Shown piece by piece: positions 17,624 to 27,321 of a stretch of DNA of 62,433 bases. How positions within the stretch are numbered: the stretch's first letter is position 1; each line of letters starts with the position of its first letter. The stretch is taken from the IMG/VR virus record IMGVR_UViG_3300044513_004371, positions 1 to 62,433 of that record. One strand, 5' to 3'. Made by a program: the position numbers and the translations under genes. The DNA comes from a virus. Taxonomy: Duplodnaviria > Caudoviricetes. The notes under the pieces were generated by a model, which ran no database searches, had not been told where the DNA came from, and was given only the letters and a program-made list of their open reading frames with translations.

Positions 17624-17861
17624 TTTTATTTTAGTCTATTAAATGTGTTAGTTAATATACTATACCAGGGTGCAATATTAAAGCAAAAAACGTCAATTTT
17701 GACACCCCTTGTTCAATTTTTTCACATAATGGTTAAACAAAACTGATCTATTTGGGACCAAAAAATCACGCAAAGATTGGTCTGGATTGCAATGGGTGAA
17801 TCCCAAGCGGTTTGAATTTACTAGGTTCACAATGGAGATAAATAATAAAAATTATTACTGT

Positions 17862-17903
17862 TTGAATAGAACAAAGTCCTTTAATGATTGGAAAGAACAA
17901 TAG
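17862..17903 (+). pseudogene. Possible gene remnant: 13-codon ORF consisting of a capsid-targeting-like peptide
   Basis: TTG-start (M)NRTKSFNDWKEQ* between late promoter at 17838 and terminator at 17926. Confidence 0.35.
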
Positions 17904-17925
17904 GACAAGTAAAAATCTTCTAATC

Positions 17926-17958
17926 AAAAAAGGACCCTAATGGGTCCTTTTCTTTTTT
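17926..17958. terminator. Bidirectional terminator
   Basis: A-run, GGACCC/GGGTCC stem, T-run. Confidence 0.8.
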
Positions 17959-17975
17959 CCGATGTCTGACAATCA

Positions 17976-18545
17976 TTAAAATATCCAAGAATATCTTGAG
18001 CCGCATATGAAGGCATGAGGATTGTACATAGAAAGCCAAACAGCAGTTAATCTAAATTCTCCTTTACTCTTGTTATAAACAATCATAGTAGATACAGTCG
18101 AAGCCCAATAGGCGTCTTTTGAGATCTGATAGTTGTGACTTGGCGATTCAACCCAGGCTTGAAAGGCCAGATCAGCAATTAGGTCTAGGTTTCCACCCTC
18201 AATCGCGTCGATAAGTCTGTTATCACCGGTTGAAATTAGGCGTTTTTTATAGATACACTCAGATCCGTTAGTCCACCAAGAGAGACTATCGCTGTGTTCG
18301 AATGGAGCATCCCAGGGCATTAGATGCTCTGCCCATCGACTACCGTAATCTCTAAGCAGGCTGTCCTCAAAGGATCCGATCGGTTTCTTATTCATTGAAG
18401 CAAGTCGATCGTTGATCTTATTCCAGATTAATCGGTCTAATTGATCCGATTTGATAGTAATGTCTTGTGCACTTGCAAGGTTTGCTGTGGCTAAGATGGA
18501 AAATAAAACTAGTAACTTCTTCATAATTGTGATATTCTTATTCAT
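17976..18545 (-). CDS. Secreted CAP/SCP-domain protein
   Basis: Signal peptide; FEHS, AWVESPSHN; paralog of 20115-20663. Confidence 0.75.
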   Translation of the reverse strand: MNKNITIMKKLLVLFSILATANLASAQDITIKSDQLDRLIWNKINDRLASMNKKPIGSFEDSLLRDYGSRWAEHLMPWDAPFEHSDSLSWWTNGSECIYKKRLISTGDNRLIDAIEGGNLDLIADLAFQAWVESPSHNYQISKDAYWASTVSTMIVYNKSKGEFRLTAVWLSMYNPHAFICGSRYSWIF

Positions 18546-18615
18546 ATATTACTATTTTTTCTGTGAAAAATTAACCGAACGGCAGAATAAATAATTAAAA
18601 TACTTTTTACAAAAC

Positions 18616-20046
18616 ATGAAAAATCCAAAAATATTACCATTCGGAGACTGGTTTAAAGTCTACGAAAAAGCAGGTTCTAATTTAAATAAGACCCAAAGAT
18701 TATTAGAGTCTGAATTATTTGAAGCAAGAAGCACAAAACTAGTGAGGCTTCCTAGAATACTTCCAGGTACCACACTTAAAGATAGTATTGAAGACTACGT
18801 AGGCAGTGACTTCGCAGACATGGTGAAGGCCGCATACGAACACATCACCAACTCAAATAGTCCTAAAGTTGCAGCAATGATCGACACTGTGGGTCAACTT
18901 CTTAATATCGACAAGAAGTTCTTAAATAGCAGCTGGTGCTACGGGGTTAACAGCCCTGAGGATTTCCTATCATATATGTATGCCATAAAGTATTACCGAA
19001 TAGGAACATCATCGAATGATAAGACGAAAAAAAAATACGGAACTAAGGAAAAGGCAATAGCTGCTATGAAGGAGCGAATTGATAAAGGTTTGTTCAGGTT
19101 TGAGAGAGATTCTGACTACGATATTGAATTGATTCCTAATCCCGATAGAGATCCCGGAAGTTCTAGTTGTGTAACTGTTGGTCGAGTCGGAGACGCAGGA
19201 AACGATGTAACTAACAAGGGTGTACAAAAGGTATCTAAGTACCGAGACATCCAAGAATACATTAATGGTTACTGGATTCTCGCATATATGTCTTACCAGG
19301 CCAAACAATACGGAAAAACGAATGGAGAAGTTAGAGAAGGGGCAAATCCAAAAGGATTCGATTTTTCATCTGTTAGCGCCAATAACAATTACTCTTCAAA
19401 AATAGTAATGAGACTCGCAAGTGATTCAACTTTAGCATTGTTCTCAAGGCAAGTTGATGCTGAGACTACAGTAACAGCTGCCTCAGTTCCGATGGAAGCT
19501 GGAATTGATGTTCCATTTAAGAAGGCTACCATCGCACAAGGCGGAGCAGATGTCCCAGAGAGCTATCTTCCTCAAATTGATGCCATCGCTAAAGAAATCA
19601 ACGAAAAATTTGGTGGTAAATCAATTGCAAACTTTAAATTAGTATCTAGCGCAAGTCCTGATTACGGAAAAATAGGTAAAGGTCCAGGATGGGAGAAGAA
19701 CTATACCTCAACATCAGGTACTACTGATCCCGGCAATGGAACTGATGATGCTACTGCTAACCAGAAGCTTGCGTATCAAAGAGGAGTTAACTTCATGGAT
19801 GCCTTAAACAGCTCATTAAAGAAAGCTGGACACCCAGGTTTTAATAGCTACGAGGTTAACTGGCAAATATCTAATACTGGAGGACCTAATGATAACGGTA
19901 TCTTTGTTGATCTAAAGCTAGCTGAGAATGCTGCACAACCAAAGATTGAGACAAAGACAACGGTATCAGGAGAACAAACAGACGCTGGCAGCAAGACTGA
20001 TGGCAGTGAAATTGCAACGTTGTTAGGATATGCATTGCTTATTTAA
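18616..20046 (+). CDS. Virion-associated protein with possible OmpA-C-like domain
   Basis: CTS-like ILPFGDW...LFE; C-terminal LVSSASPD...NQKLAYQRG. Confidence 0.55.
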   Translation: MKNPKILPFGDWFKVYEKAGSNLNKTQRLLESELFEARSTKLVRLPRILPGTTLKDSIEDYVGSDFADMVKAAYEHITNSNSPKVAAMIDTVGQLLNIDKKFLNSSWCYGVNSPEDFLSYMYAIKYYRIGTSSNDKTKKKYGTKEKAIAAMKERIDKGLFRFERDSDYDIELIPNPDRDPGSSSCVTVGRVGDAGNDVTNKGVQKVSKYRDIQEYINGYWILAYMSYQAKQYGKTNGEVREGANPKGFDFSSVSANNNYSSKIVMRLASDSTLALFSRQVDAETTVTAASVPMEAGIDVPFKKATIAQGGADVPESYLPQIDAIAKEINEKFGGKSIANFKLVSSASPDYGKIGKGPGWEKNYTSTSGTTDPGNGTDDATANQKLAYQRGVNFMDALNSSLKKAGHPGFNSYEVNWQISNTGGPNDNGIFVDLKLAENAAQPKIETKTTVSGEQTDAGSKTDGSEIATLLGYALLI

Positions 20047-20070
20047 CAACTAAATCGCATTCAACTGAAT

Positions 20071-20100
20071 AAAAAAGAGGACCAATTGTCCTCTTTTTTT
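20071..20100. terminator. Bidirectional terminator
   Basis: AAAAAAGAGGAC/GTCCTCTTTTTT between convergent genes. Confidence 0.85.
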
Positions 20101-20114
20101 ATCTTCTATATCAT

Positions 20115-20663
20115 CTAGAAAATCCACTTGTATCCAGATTTAGGTATCATGCGGTTTGGGTTATACATAGACAGCCACACCGAGGTCACCTGGAACTCAC
20201 CAGTTGATTCATTATATCTAATTGAATTGGCAACTGTTGATGCTACATATAATTCACCTGAGATTGCCCGATTGTGAGACGGGGAGTTAACCCAACATTG
20301 TACAATTTTATCAGCAAGACGATCAAGATTACCACTTTGTAAATCTAGAATATAGCTTCTTCCTGCTGTGGTTCTGATTAGATTCAAACATTCCCCTCCA
20401 TTAGTCCACCACGTGATGCTGTCGTTTGGACTATGTTGGAATACTCCTCCTTCTGCATTGATTCTATCTGCAGTTCTATAAGCAAAGGCCTGAAGCTGGC
20501 TATCCTCAAAATACTCGATTGGTTTCTTACCGAGGGTAATGAGGCGTTCGTTAATTTTAGTCCATACAAGTCGATCGAGTTCATCTGATCTTACTTCAAT
20601 ATTTTGAGCCTGAATGTTATTTGATACTAGTGCGATTGCGAATAAAACTAACAACTTCTTCAT
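20115..20663 (-). CDS. Secreted CAP/SCP-domain protein
   Basis: Signal peptide; FQHS, CWVNSPSHN. Confidence 0.75.
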   Translation of the reverse strand: MKKLLVLFAIALVSNNIQAQNIEVRSDELDRLVWTKINERLITLGKKPIEYFEDSQLQAFAYRTADRINAEGGVFQHSPNDSITWWTNGGECLNLIRTTAGRSYILDLQSGNLDRLADKIVQCWVNSPSHNRAISGELYVASTVANSIRYNESTGEFQVTSVWLSMYNPNRMIPKSGYKWIF

Positions 20664-20715
20664 AATGCTTTCTTTTTGTATATTCTTATAATACCAAATC
20701 CTACTGAGAATTATA

Positions 20716-20743
20716 AAACCTCATTTATATGCATCGGTATAAT
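20716..20743 (+). promoter_or_regulatory. Class-2 promoter AAACC-N16-GTATAAT
   Basis: Upstream of 20762 ORF. Confidence 0.6.
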
Positions 20744-20761
20744 TAAAAAAACCTATAAAAC

Positions 20762-20920
20762 ATGTTAGACAAAATCAAAGCTATCGTAAACTCTTGGTGG
20801 TTTGAAATGGCGACTACTGGAGCAGCTGGAGTTGCTCTTTGGATGTATGGTCATAAGATGTATGCGGGATTTGCTCTTGGATGGGCAGCATGCAAGCTGT
20901 TTTCATACTTGAGAAGCTAA
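20762..20920 (+). CDS. Small two-TM membrane protein (52 aa)
   Basis: Own translation MLDKIKAIVNSWWFEM...; flanked by promoter and terminator. Confidence 0.6.
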   Translation: MLDKIKAIVNSWWFEMATTGAAGVALWMYGHKMYAGFALGWAACKLFSYLRS

Positions 20921-20947
20921 TAAAGAAATTAAACTCTTTAATAGGGG

Positions 20948-20980
20948 AAAACGGGAGAATAGTTTCTCCCGTTTCTTTTT
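20948..20980. terminator. Terminator between convergent genes
   Basis: AAACGGGAGAA/TTCTCCCGTTT. Confidence 0.75.
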
Positions 20981-22865
20981 ATCTAAATATCGTGATGTGT
21001 CCTGTTTTCTGGATCACTTGCACTGAGTTCATCTTCTTACCTTTAACTATATAGGTATATACACCATCGGAAACATAATGATTTCCGCCTCTAACACTTC
21101 CATCCCAGTAGGGATATGAATCAAAACTATCCCCATAATCATGATATATTTCTACTCCCCACCTGTTGAAAATCCAGAATTCAACGTCTTCCCAGCAGTT
21201 AAGATCATACATTATTTGCCAAACTTCGTTTAATCCATCCCCATTAGGGGTAAATGTATTAGGTATGTGAATTGTTGTCCAATCTGGACATTCATCAAAA
21301 CCAGGATCATCCTCACAAGGTAGCCCGGTTTCACAATCAATATATTCAGTAACTACTATATACTCGGTAATCGTGTCCGTGACGTATATGTAATTGTCTA
21401 TGATAACATCTATATATGTTGTATCGTATTCAGTTATATAGAGTGTGTCCGTGAGATACTCTGTGATATATAGAGTATCAGTGAGGTACTCAGTCTCAGT
21501 AATATAGATTGTATCCGTAACGTACTCAGTGATATAGAGAGTGTCTATAACATACTCTGTTTCTGTTACGTAAAGGGTATCAATAAGAGTGATGTATTCA
21601 GGCACAAATTCTATAATAGTATCCGTTACATATTCAGTTACGTACTCTGTAATATATTCATAAACAGTATCTGTTAGGTAAATGTAGTTGTCAACATATT
21701 CAATTAAAGTATCTTGCGGTAATTCAATGAATACCGTATCGACAATAGTCTCAGTTATAAAGATCGAATCAATTTGATAAATGTAAGTAATTGTTTCAAT
21801 CTCAACTGTATCAGGTTCACATACCTCAGGACATTCAGGCCATTCATCTGGAAAATAAACTACTGTGTTATTATTACCTGTTACGATTTCATCATTCACG
21901 CTATCTACTGACATAACAAAAAAGGTGCCAGGACTTCCGTCGAATTCAAAAAATGGCGTTGTGAATTGCTGGCCTTCTCCCACTGGAATACTATAAGACC
22001 CAAAGAGCTCATCACTAAAACATTGATAGAAATCTTCATTCCACATCTCAATACAGTAATTTGTGATTTCTTCATTACCGTAATTATAGACTGTAAATGT
22101 AATGTTGTATGCAGGCGTATCACCAATACAGCCAACTTCAAACTCTATGTTAGTTCCAATAACTGCGTCTGGTGCTACTGGTGGACATGCAAAATCTGGT
22201 GATGCTACTGCAGCTCCAGGATTTTCATCTCTACATAAATACCAAGAGTTATCGCAATCCATGTCCTGATAAGTATCTGGGCACCATGTACCATCAGCCC
22301 AACCACCATTACATTGATACCAAGTAGCTCCATAATTTAACTGCCAAACAACAAATTCTATACATTCATCTTCAGATAACCAATAATCTATTAAGTCATC
22401 ACCACATTCGGCAAGTGGAGATGGATACGTGTCATAATTTCCAGGTGGGGTTAGAGGAACATTTGTTACATCGCCTGTTACCAAACCATTTCCCATTATC
22501 TCTTCTTGAAAAGTAACAGACGCTGATGGACTATACCACCAGCCTAGGTGATTACTATTAGGATTCTGTCCTAAGTATCCTGGCCAATTAGGGCTACATG
22601 GAGGTAAACCAAAAGTTTCATTGAAATCTTCAATGACCTCATTATCCGGATTTATAGGTTCAGGCAAATGATAACCTATTTGTAATTGTGTAACTTTACC
22701 GTTTACACCACCTGGTCCATTTGCAGTACAACCCAAAGAGTTGAGTACCTCAATTGTAACCTCATAAGTATTAAGGTTAACGCCTGTTATTGCCACGTCA
22801 CATTGAGCCCTTATCGTAAAGCCCAACATAAAATAGGCAAATAGCAAAGTAGCTAAATGCTTCAT
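20979..22865 (-). CDS. Secreted protein with T9SS type-B (gliding motility-associated) C-terminal sorting domain
   Basis: Signal peptide; IPNTFTPNGDGLNE, IFNRWG, YWDG, DGVYTY, GHITIFR. Confidence 0.85.
   Translation of the reverse strand: MKHLATLLFAYFMLGFTIRAQCDVAITGVNLNTYEVTIEVLNSLGCTANGPGGVNGKVTQLQIGYHLPEPINPDNEVIEDFNETFGLPPCSPNWPGYLGQNPNSNHLGWWYSPSASVTFQEEIMGNGLVTGDVTNVPLTPPGNYDTYPSPLAECGDDLIDYWLSEDECIEFVVWQLNYGATWYQCNGGWADGTWCPDTYQDMDCDNSWYLCRDENPGAAVASPDFACPPVAPDAVIGTNIEFEVGCIGDTPAYNITFTVYNYGNEEITNYCIEMWNEDFYQCFSDELFGSYSIPVGEGQQFTTPFFEFDGSPGTFFVMSVDSVNDEIVTGNNNTVVYFPDEWPECPEVCEPDTVEIETITYIYQIDSIFITETIVDTVFIELPQDTLIEYVDNYIYLTDTVYEYITEYVTEYVTDTIIEFVPEYITLIDTLYVTETEYVIDTLYITEYVTDTIYITETEYLTDTLYITEYLTDTLYITEYDTTYIDVIIDNYIYVTDTITEYIVVTEYIDCETGLPCEDDPGFDECPDWTTIHIPNTFTPNGDGLNEVWQIMYDLNCWEDVEFWIFNRWGVEIYHDYGDSFDSYPYWDGSVRGGNHYVSDGVYTYIVKGKKMNSVQVIQKTGHITIFR
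21340..21790 (-). repeat. Intragenic tandem repeats encoding TEY(L/V)TDT(L/I)YI
   Basis: About 10-12 aa period visible in protein and DNA. Confidence 0.8.
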
Positions 22866-22956
22866 TAATTTATATGATAATTTTGTGTTGTGCTCTGCGT
22901 TCAGAGCTAAGAGAATTGATCGCTCCCAATGGGAGCGATCATGTTATTTAGTATGT

Positions 22957-24066
22957 TTAGAAATCAAAATCATCACCTAGACCTAAATCTTCAAGTCCAA
23001 GTTCAGTGAATATGTCTTTTGCAACCGATGCTGTTTTACCAGTAACGATATACTGTAGGAATTTGCTGCATGTTCCCATTAAGGAATGCTTAGCAATTAC
23101 ATCGTCAAGTAGAGCAATCTTATCATAGCTTCGATTAGGATCAGTTTCGTACTTTCCTTCATTAGCTAGATATTCTAGGAATTTTCTCAATTCTACCTTT
23201 AGCATTCCTTCATCAACAGTTCCGTTTGAAATTTCAGCAGATTTTTTGATGATGTCCTTCATAGATTGAGAAAGTTCACTTTGTCTGATCCAGCTATCAT
23301 TTGCGAGATTAGAAAAATCTTCTGGATCTAAGTTAGAAACCATTTGCTTGAATTCTTCTTTTCTTTTACCAGTTTTCTTTTCAAGACCTTTAGTAACCAT
23401 TTCAATGTACTTATTCTTAAAGTGATCTAAGAATTTTTCATCGGTCATTAGATGTTCTTTTCTAGCGGATCTTTTAGTAGTTACTCTTTCTTCTTGTTCC
23501 ATTATGTAAAGAATTGACTCATCTGTTACATCTTCAAGAAGCTGACTAATCGTTCCTCTCCATGCTGCTACTGGTTCTCCAGTTTCTCTGTCAATTGTAA
23601 TGATTCTCATGTAGAATCCTCTCTTTTGAGAAACATTAGGACGGTCTGGATCATATCCCTTCCAATCTCTGGTTTTACCAGTCTTCTTAGTAATATAATG
23701 AACCATCTCTTCTTCTGGATTAACTAATATTAGTCTTAGATCAGTATCAACCTCAGTCGGTAAACCAGTTAGATATGCATAAATTCGGTCCTTTCCGGTC
23801 TTTTGGCCGACTACCTCAACGTCGTGGGACATTGGAGCATCTTGAGCTGATGGCCAATCTCCACCGTATTCTCCATGTAGAGTTCTGAATTTACCACCTC
23901 TCATCATACCTGATTGAGTTCTTTCAATCTTTTCTCCAGTTAAGTTGTGTATAAATTGCATTAGGTCTTTAGGAACTCCTATCTTTGATAGCTCACTTGC
24001 CATTTCAAAAATTGAAGAGGATCCACTAAAATCTGAAAATCCGATTAGATGTTGTTTTCTGCTCAT
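22957..24066 (-). CDS. Hypothetical late protein
   Basis: LIGFSDF...IFE N-terminus; late promoter. Confidence 0.7.
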   Translation of the reverse strand: MSRKQHLIGFSDFSGSSSIFEMASELSKIGVPKDLMQFIHNLTGEKIERTQSGMMRGGKFRTLHGEYGGDWPSAQDAPMSHDVEVVGQKTGKDRIYAYLTGLPTEVDTDLRLILVNPEEEMVHYITKKTGKTRDWKGYDPDRPNVSQKRGFYMRIITIDRETGEPVAAWRGTISQLLEDVTDESILYIMEQEERVTTKRSARKEHLMTDEKFLDHFKNKYIEMVTKGLEKKTGKRKEEFKQMVSNLDPEDFSNLANDSWIRQSELSQSMKDIIKKSAEISNGTVDEGMLKVELRKFLEYLANEGKYETDPNRSYDKIALLDDVIAKHSLMGTCSKFLQYIVTGKTASVAKDIFTELGLEDLGLGDDFDF

Positions 24067-24150
24067 CTTAAAAAGTCTTTTTATTATTTATCTAGCTTAA
24101 CGTGAATATTTCGAATCCTGAACAAGATAAATAATAAAAAAGCTGACGAA

Positions 24151-25446
24151 ATGAAATCGTACATTCAAGAAAGTTATGGAACTTGGAATCAAAAAATAAA
24201 GTCCTCTAATTTTATATTCGAGGACGGTGCCCAACCTGAGGCCGATCAACAAGAAGTAAATAGTGGAGTACCTGAAGAGCTCAAACAGGATGATAAATTC
24301 AAAGTTAGAATAATTCAAGCAGCTGAACGTGGAGAAGATTTTCTAAGTTATGGTGGATCAGTATATAAGGTAGTAAAAGAAGAAAAGGATTTAAAGATCA
24401 CTAAAGAGGCTCCTAAGCTAAACGAATCTTTTAAAACCTATTTTGCCTGTTTAGGCGGAAAGTTAATGGAGTGTATTCCATCTAAAGCTGGAGTATTCTT
24501 AAGAGAATCTATAGTATCTAACGATGATGAACCTGCTACATTATCTGATGACTCAACTAGCGACGGAACCGGAGAAGAAATAGAAGCATTCCTAATAAAG
24601 AATGTAGACGGAAGTGATAGCGATAAGATCGCAATTGCCTCTAAAAGCTTAAAGGGAAAGTCCCTAACTCCATCTAGAGGAAGAGATGAATATGCGATAC
24701 TTAAATTAGTGATCGACAATAATAATATTCCAGCTAGAAGAAGGGCAGTTGAGATCAAATGTGAAACAGACATACTAGATGTTACTGCTAAGTCTCTATA
24801 TAACGCAATTAAGGGCCCTGGAACTGAGGAAAAAGAAATCCTAAATGCTTTAGAAGAATTGAATAACACCGAAGATCCTGGCGGAAATATGTTGGCTCTT
24901 CTTTACATGTGGGACGGTAATAAGTTTGGAATTAAAGCATCGGGAGGTGATGCTGAATTACCAATCTTTTCAGGGTGGTCTGGAGCTGTTCTTGGAGTTA
25001 TTGCAGTTGCTGCCAGTGGAGGAACTTTAGCTCCTCTGGTTTTAGCAGGAGCTGCGGCTGCGGCTACGGCTAATTCAATTAAATTTAACAGAGATACTCC
25101 AATATATGATGCTAGCGATGATACTGAATTAAGCAGTAATCATAGAGGTCTCTTGATGGATATCATGGAAGACATGGAAGATACATTCTATATGTTTGGA
25201 GGAGGTAGAGATGATATGAGAAAATGTCAAGAGTTGCTCGGATCTCTTCTTAATGCTATGCCAGAAGATAAGTACTGTTACAGAATGGTAGATTCTGCTA
25301 CTGGAGCTCTTCTATATACTACTGCAGACAGTGACTATTTTGATAGAAACGAAAAGAAAAAATGGATGATGACTCCTAAGGGAGCCAAGGATAAGTATCT
25401 GCAGATATTTAGATCTTTGAAAGCAGATCCAGAATGGGAAGCATAA
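24151..25446 (+). CDS. Late protein with annexin-like repeat and hydrophobic Gly/Ala segment
   Basis: AKSLYNAIKGPGTEEKEILNAL; GAVLGVIAVAASGGTLAPLVLAGAAAAA. Confidence 0.6.
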   Translation: MKSYIQESYGTWNQKIKSSNFIFEDGAQPEADQQEVNSGVPEELKQDDKFKVRIIQAAERGEDFLSYGGSVYKVVKEEKDLKITKEAPKLNESFKTYFACLGGKLMECIPSKAGVFLRESIVSNDDEPATLSDDSTSDGTGEEIEAFLIKNVDGSDSDKIAIASKSLKGKSLTPSRGRDEYAILKLVIDNNNIPARRRAVEIKCETDILDVTAKSLYNAIKGPGTEEKEILNALEELNNTEDPGGNMLALLYMWDGNKFGIKASGGDAELPIFSGWSGAVLGVIAVAASGGTLAPLVLAGAAAAATANSIKFNRDTPIYDASDDTELSSNHRGLLMDIMEDMEDTFYMFGGGRDDMRKCQELLGSLLNAMPEDKYCYRMVDSATGALLYTTADSDYFDRNEKKKWMMTPKGAKDKYLQIFRSLKADPEWEA

Positions 25447-25466
25447 TAAAATAAACAAATACTCAA

Positions 25467-26363
25467 ATGAGAATCGAAACTTACAAAAATTGGAAATCAG
25501 GAAAATTTGATGATATGTCAGAGAACGTTAGACTTTCTGAAAAGGATGTCGATGGCTTAGGAGGAAAGGTCAAGTTTAAATCTGCAGGAGAAAACACATT
25601 TGTTATAACGATCAGACGTGGAGAAAAGGTTTTGAACGCGAACGGAGTTCTTAATCCAGGAATGAGTGAGAAGCTTATAAGTTTTCTAGTTAGTAATGGA
25701 ATATACGATTCTAGTTACTTGCAAAGCAAAGTAATCGTATACCAAGGAGAAGTAAAAGGAAACTGGAGAGTTCAAAAGATAGGCGCAGAGCTATTTGATG
25801 TTGATCCAAATTCTGGAGTATCTGGAGGAAGTATGATATCTACAGCAGAATACGGCAAGGCTACGTCGGCCGCTCAGCTTTCTACTATTACACAGGAAGA
25901 GGAGCAAGAAGCGGAGGCAGAAGTAGCTGGAACTGATGCAGTAGTTACTGAGTTATCTGCACTAAAGCCAATTCTAGATGAATTAAGCTCGTCTTTACCT
26001 TTGGTAATCGGAGACGGTTATAAATCATCAATCGATAAGAAACCTAAGATAAAGAAATTGCAGGCTGCTCTAAATTTAGGATTCCAAAAAGGTCTTAAGT
26101 TAGATGGAGGATACGGCCCTCTTACTAATACTGCAGCTTCTGAAGTTTTAACCGAAATCAAAGGCACTACTGCTAATATATCACAGCTTTCCTTAGAAGA
26201 TTTAACTGCTATTTTAAGCAAGGCTGAATCTCAGGGAATTACAGTTGATAAGATCGATTCTGCGCTATCTGTTATAACAGGTGGAACAGGTTCAACATCA
26301 GAACCAGTATCAGACGAAGCTCCGATAGATGATGCATCTGGAGGATACAACTTTATCTGGTAA
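25467..26363 (+). CDS. Protein with peptidoglycan-binding (PG_binding_1-like) domain
   Basis: IKKLQAALN...LKLDGGYGPLT. Confidence 0.65.
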   Translation: MRIETYKNWKSGKFDDMSENVRLSEKDVDGLGGKVKFKSAGENTFVITIRRGEKVLNANGVLNPGMSEKLISFLVSNGIYDSSYLQSKVIVYQGEVKGNWRVQKIGAELFDVDPNSGVSGGSMISTAEYGKATSAAQLSTITQEEEQEAEAEVAGTDAVVTELSALKPILDELSSSLPLVIGDGYKSSIDKKPKIKKLQAALNLGFQKGLKLDGGYGPLTNTAASEVLTEIKGTTANISQLSLEDLTAILSKAESQGITVDKIDSALSVITGGTGSTSEPVSDEAPIDDASGGYNFIW

Positions 26364-26784
26364 GCTTTACTCGAAGTTCAGGCTTTATGCTTCTTTCAAT
26401 TTTAAATGAAGCATGGCTAATAAAACTATTAACGGCATCCTCAGTAGGGATGCCGTTAACTATTTTTCCACTAATTTTTCCTCCCTGGTGTTGAATTGTC
26501 GGATTTCCAGAAAGGTCTACGTCTTCCATTTGAGATAGATCTTTAGTGTAGCTAATGATCATTAAATTTGACACAGAGTTTTCGTGGCTAATGTCAAATC
26601 GATCTAGATTCCAACCAGACGTTTCGATCATTTCATTTATCTCTCTCCCAAGAGTTCCGGTGAACCTAATCTTATCTGGCCATTTACCAGTTTCTCTTCC
26701 TAGTGAATCTATTCCTCTAGCTAGTGCATCAAAGAATCTTGTTGGAAAAGTATCATCTTTATGTAGAGGTACTCTGAACTGCAT
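26353..26784 (-). CDS. Hypothetical protein
   Basis: ORF in operon. Confidence 0.6.
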   Translation of the reverse strand: MQFRVPLHKDDTFPTRFFDALARGIDSLGRETGKWPDKIRFTGTLGREINEMIETSGWNLDRFDISHENSVSNLMIISYTKDLSQMEDVDLSGNPTIQHQGGKISGKIVNGIPTEDAVNSFISHASFKIERSIKPELRVKLTR

Positions 26785-27049
26785 TCTTTAATTCTTCCTC
26801 TATGATCTTTCTGATTATAGAGTTAATAAATTCAGATCTTGGTCCCTCATAATTAAATCCGCCGTCTACTCTACAAAAGTATCTAGCTTTATCGTCCATA
26901 CATCTAAGCCTATATCTTTTTGGTCCATATGATATTACTGAAAATAAGTGAGCGAATAGCTCCTTATCATAATATCTTGGGCTAGCTTCCGCGTATTTTG
27001 ATAGAACACTATAGATTCGATCAGCAGATGAACCTGGCAATCTTTCCAT
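26759..27049 (-). CDS. Hypothetical protein
   Basis: ORF in operon. Confidence 0.6.
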   Translation of the reverse strand: MERLPGSSADRIYSVLSKYAEASPRYYDKELFAHLFSVISYGPKRYRLRCMDDKARYFCRVDGGFNYEGPRSEFINSIIRKIIEEELKNAVQSTST

Positions 27050-27073
27050 GATAAAATAAAAGGTAAATAATGA

Positions 27074-27277
27074 TTACTTAACGATCCCCATGATTGGAGA
27101 TTCTGAAACACTGATGACTGTAAATTCTGCCATAGTATCCTTAAACATCTCATTTAATTTAGCTTCGGCGTCTGAAATAGTTTGCGCCTCAACTAAATAC
27201 TGCTCTTTGGTTTTCTTAACTCGACCGTTATTATCGTCGATCGTCTCAAATTGAATTTTGCCTAAGTAATATCTCAT
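27074..27277 (-). CDS. DUF4494-like protein
   Basis: KKTKEQYLVEA...AEA...VSESPI pattern. Confidence 0.7.
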   Translation of the reverse strand: MRYYLGKIQFETIDDNNGRVKKTKEQYLVEAQTISDAEAKLNEMFKDTMAEFTVISVSESPIMGIVK

Positions 27278-27293
27278 ATTGTATGTTTAATAG

Positions 27294-27321
27294 ATTATAC
27301 AAGATAAGATGTGTAAGGTTT
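27294..27321 (-). promoter_or_regulatory. Class-2 promoter AAACC-N16-GTATAAT
   Basis: Upstream of DUF4494-like gene. Confidence 0.6.
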
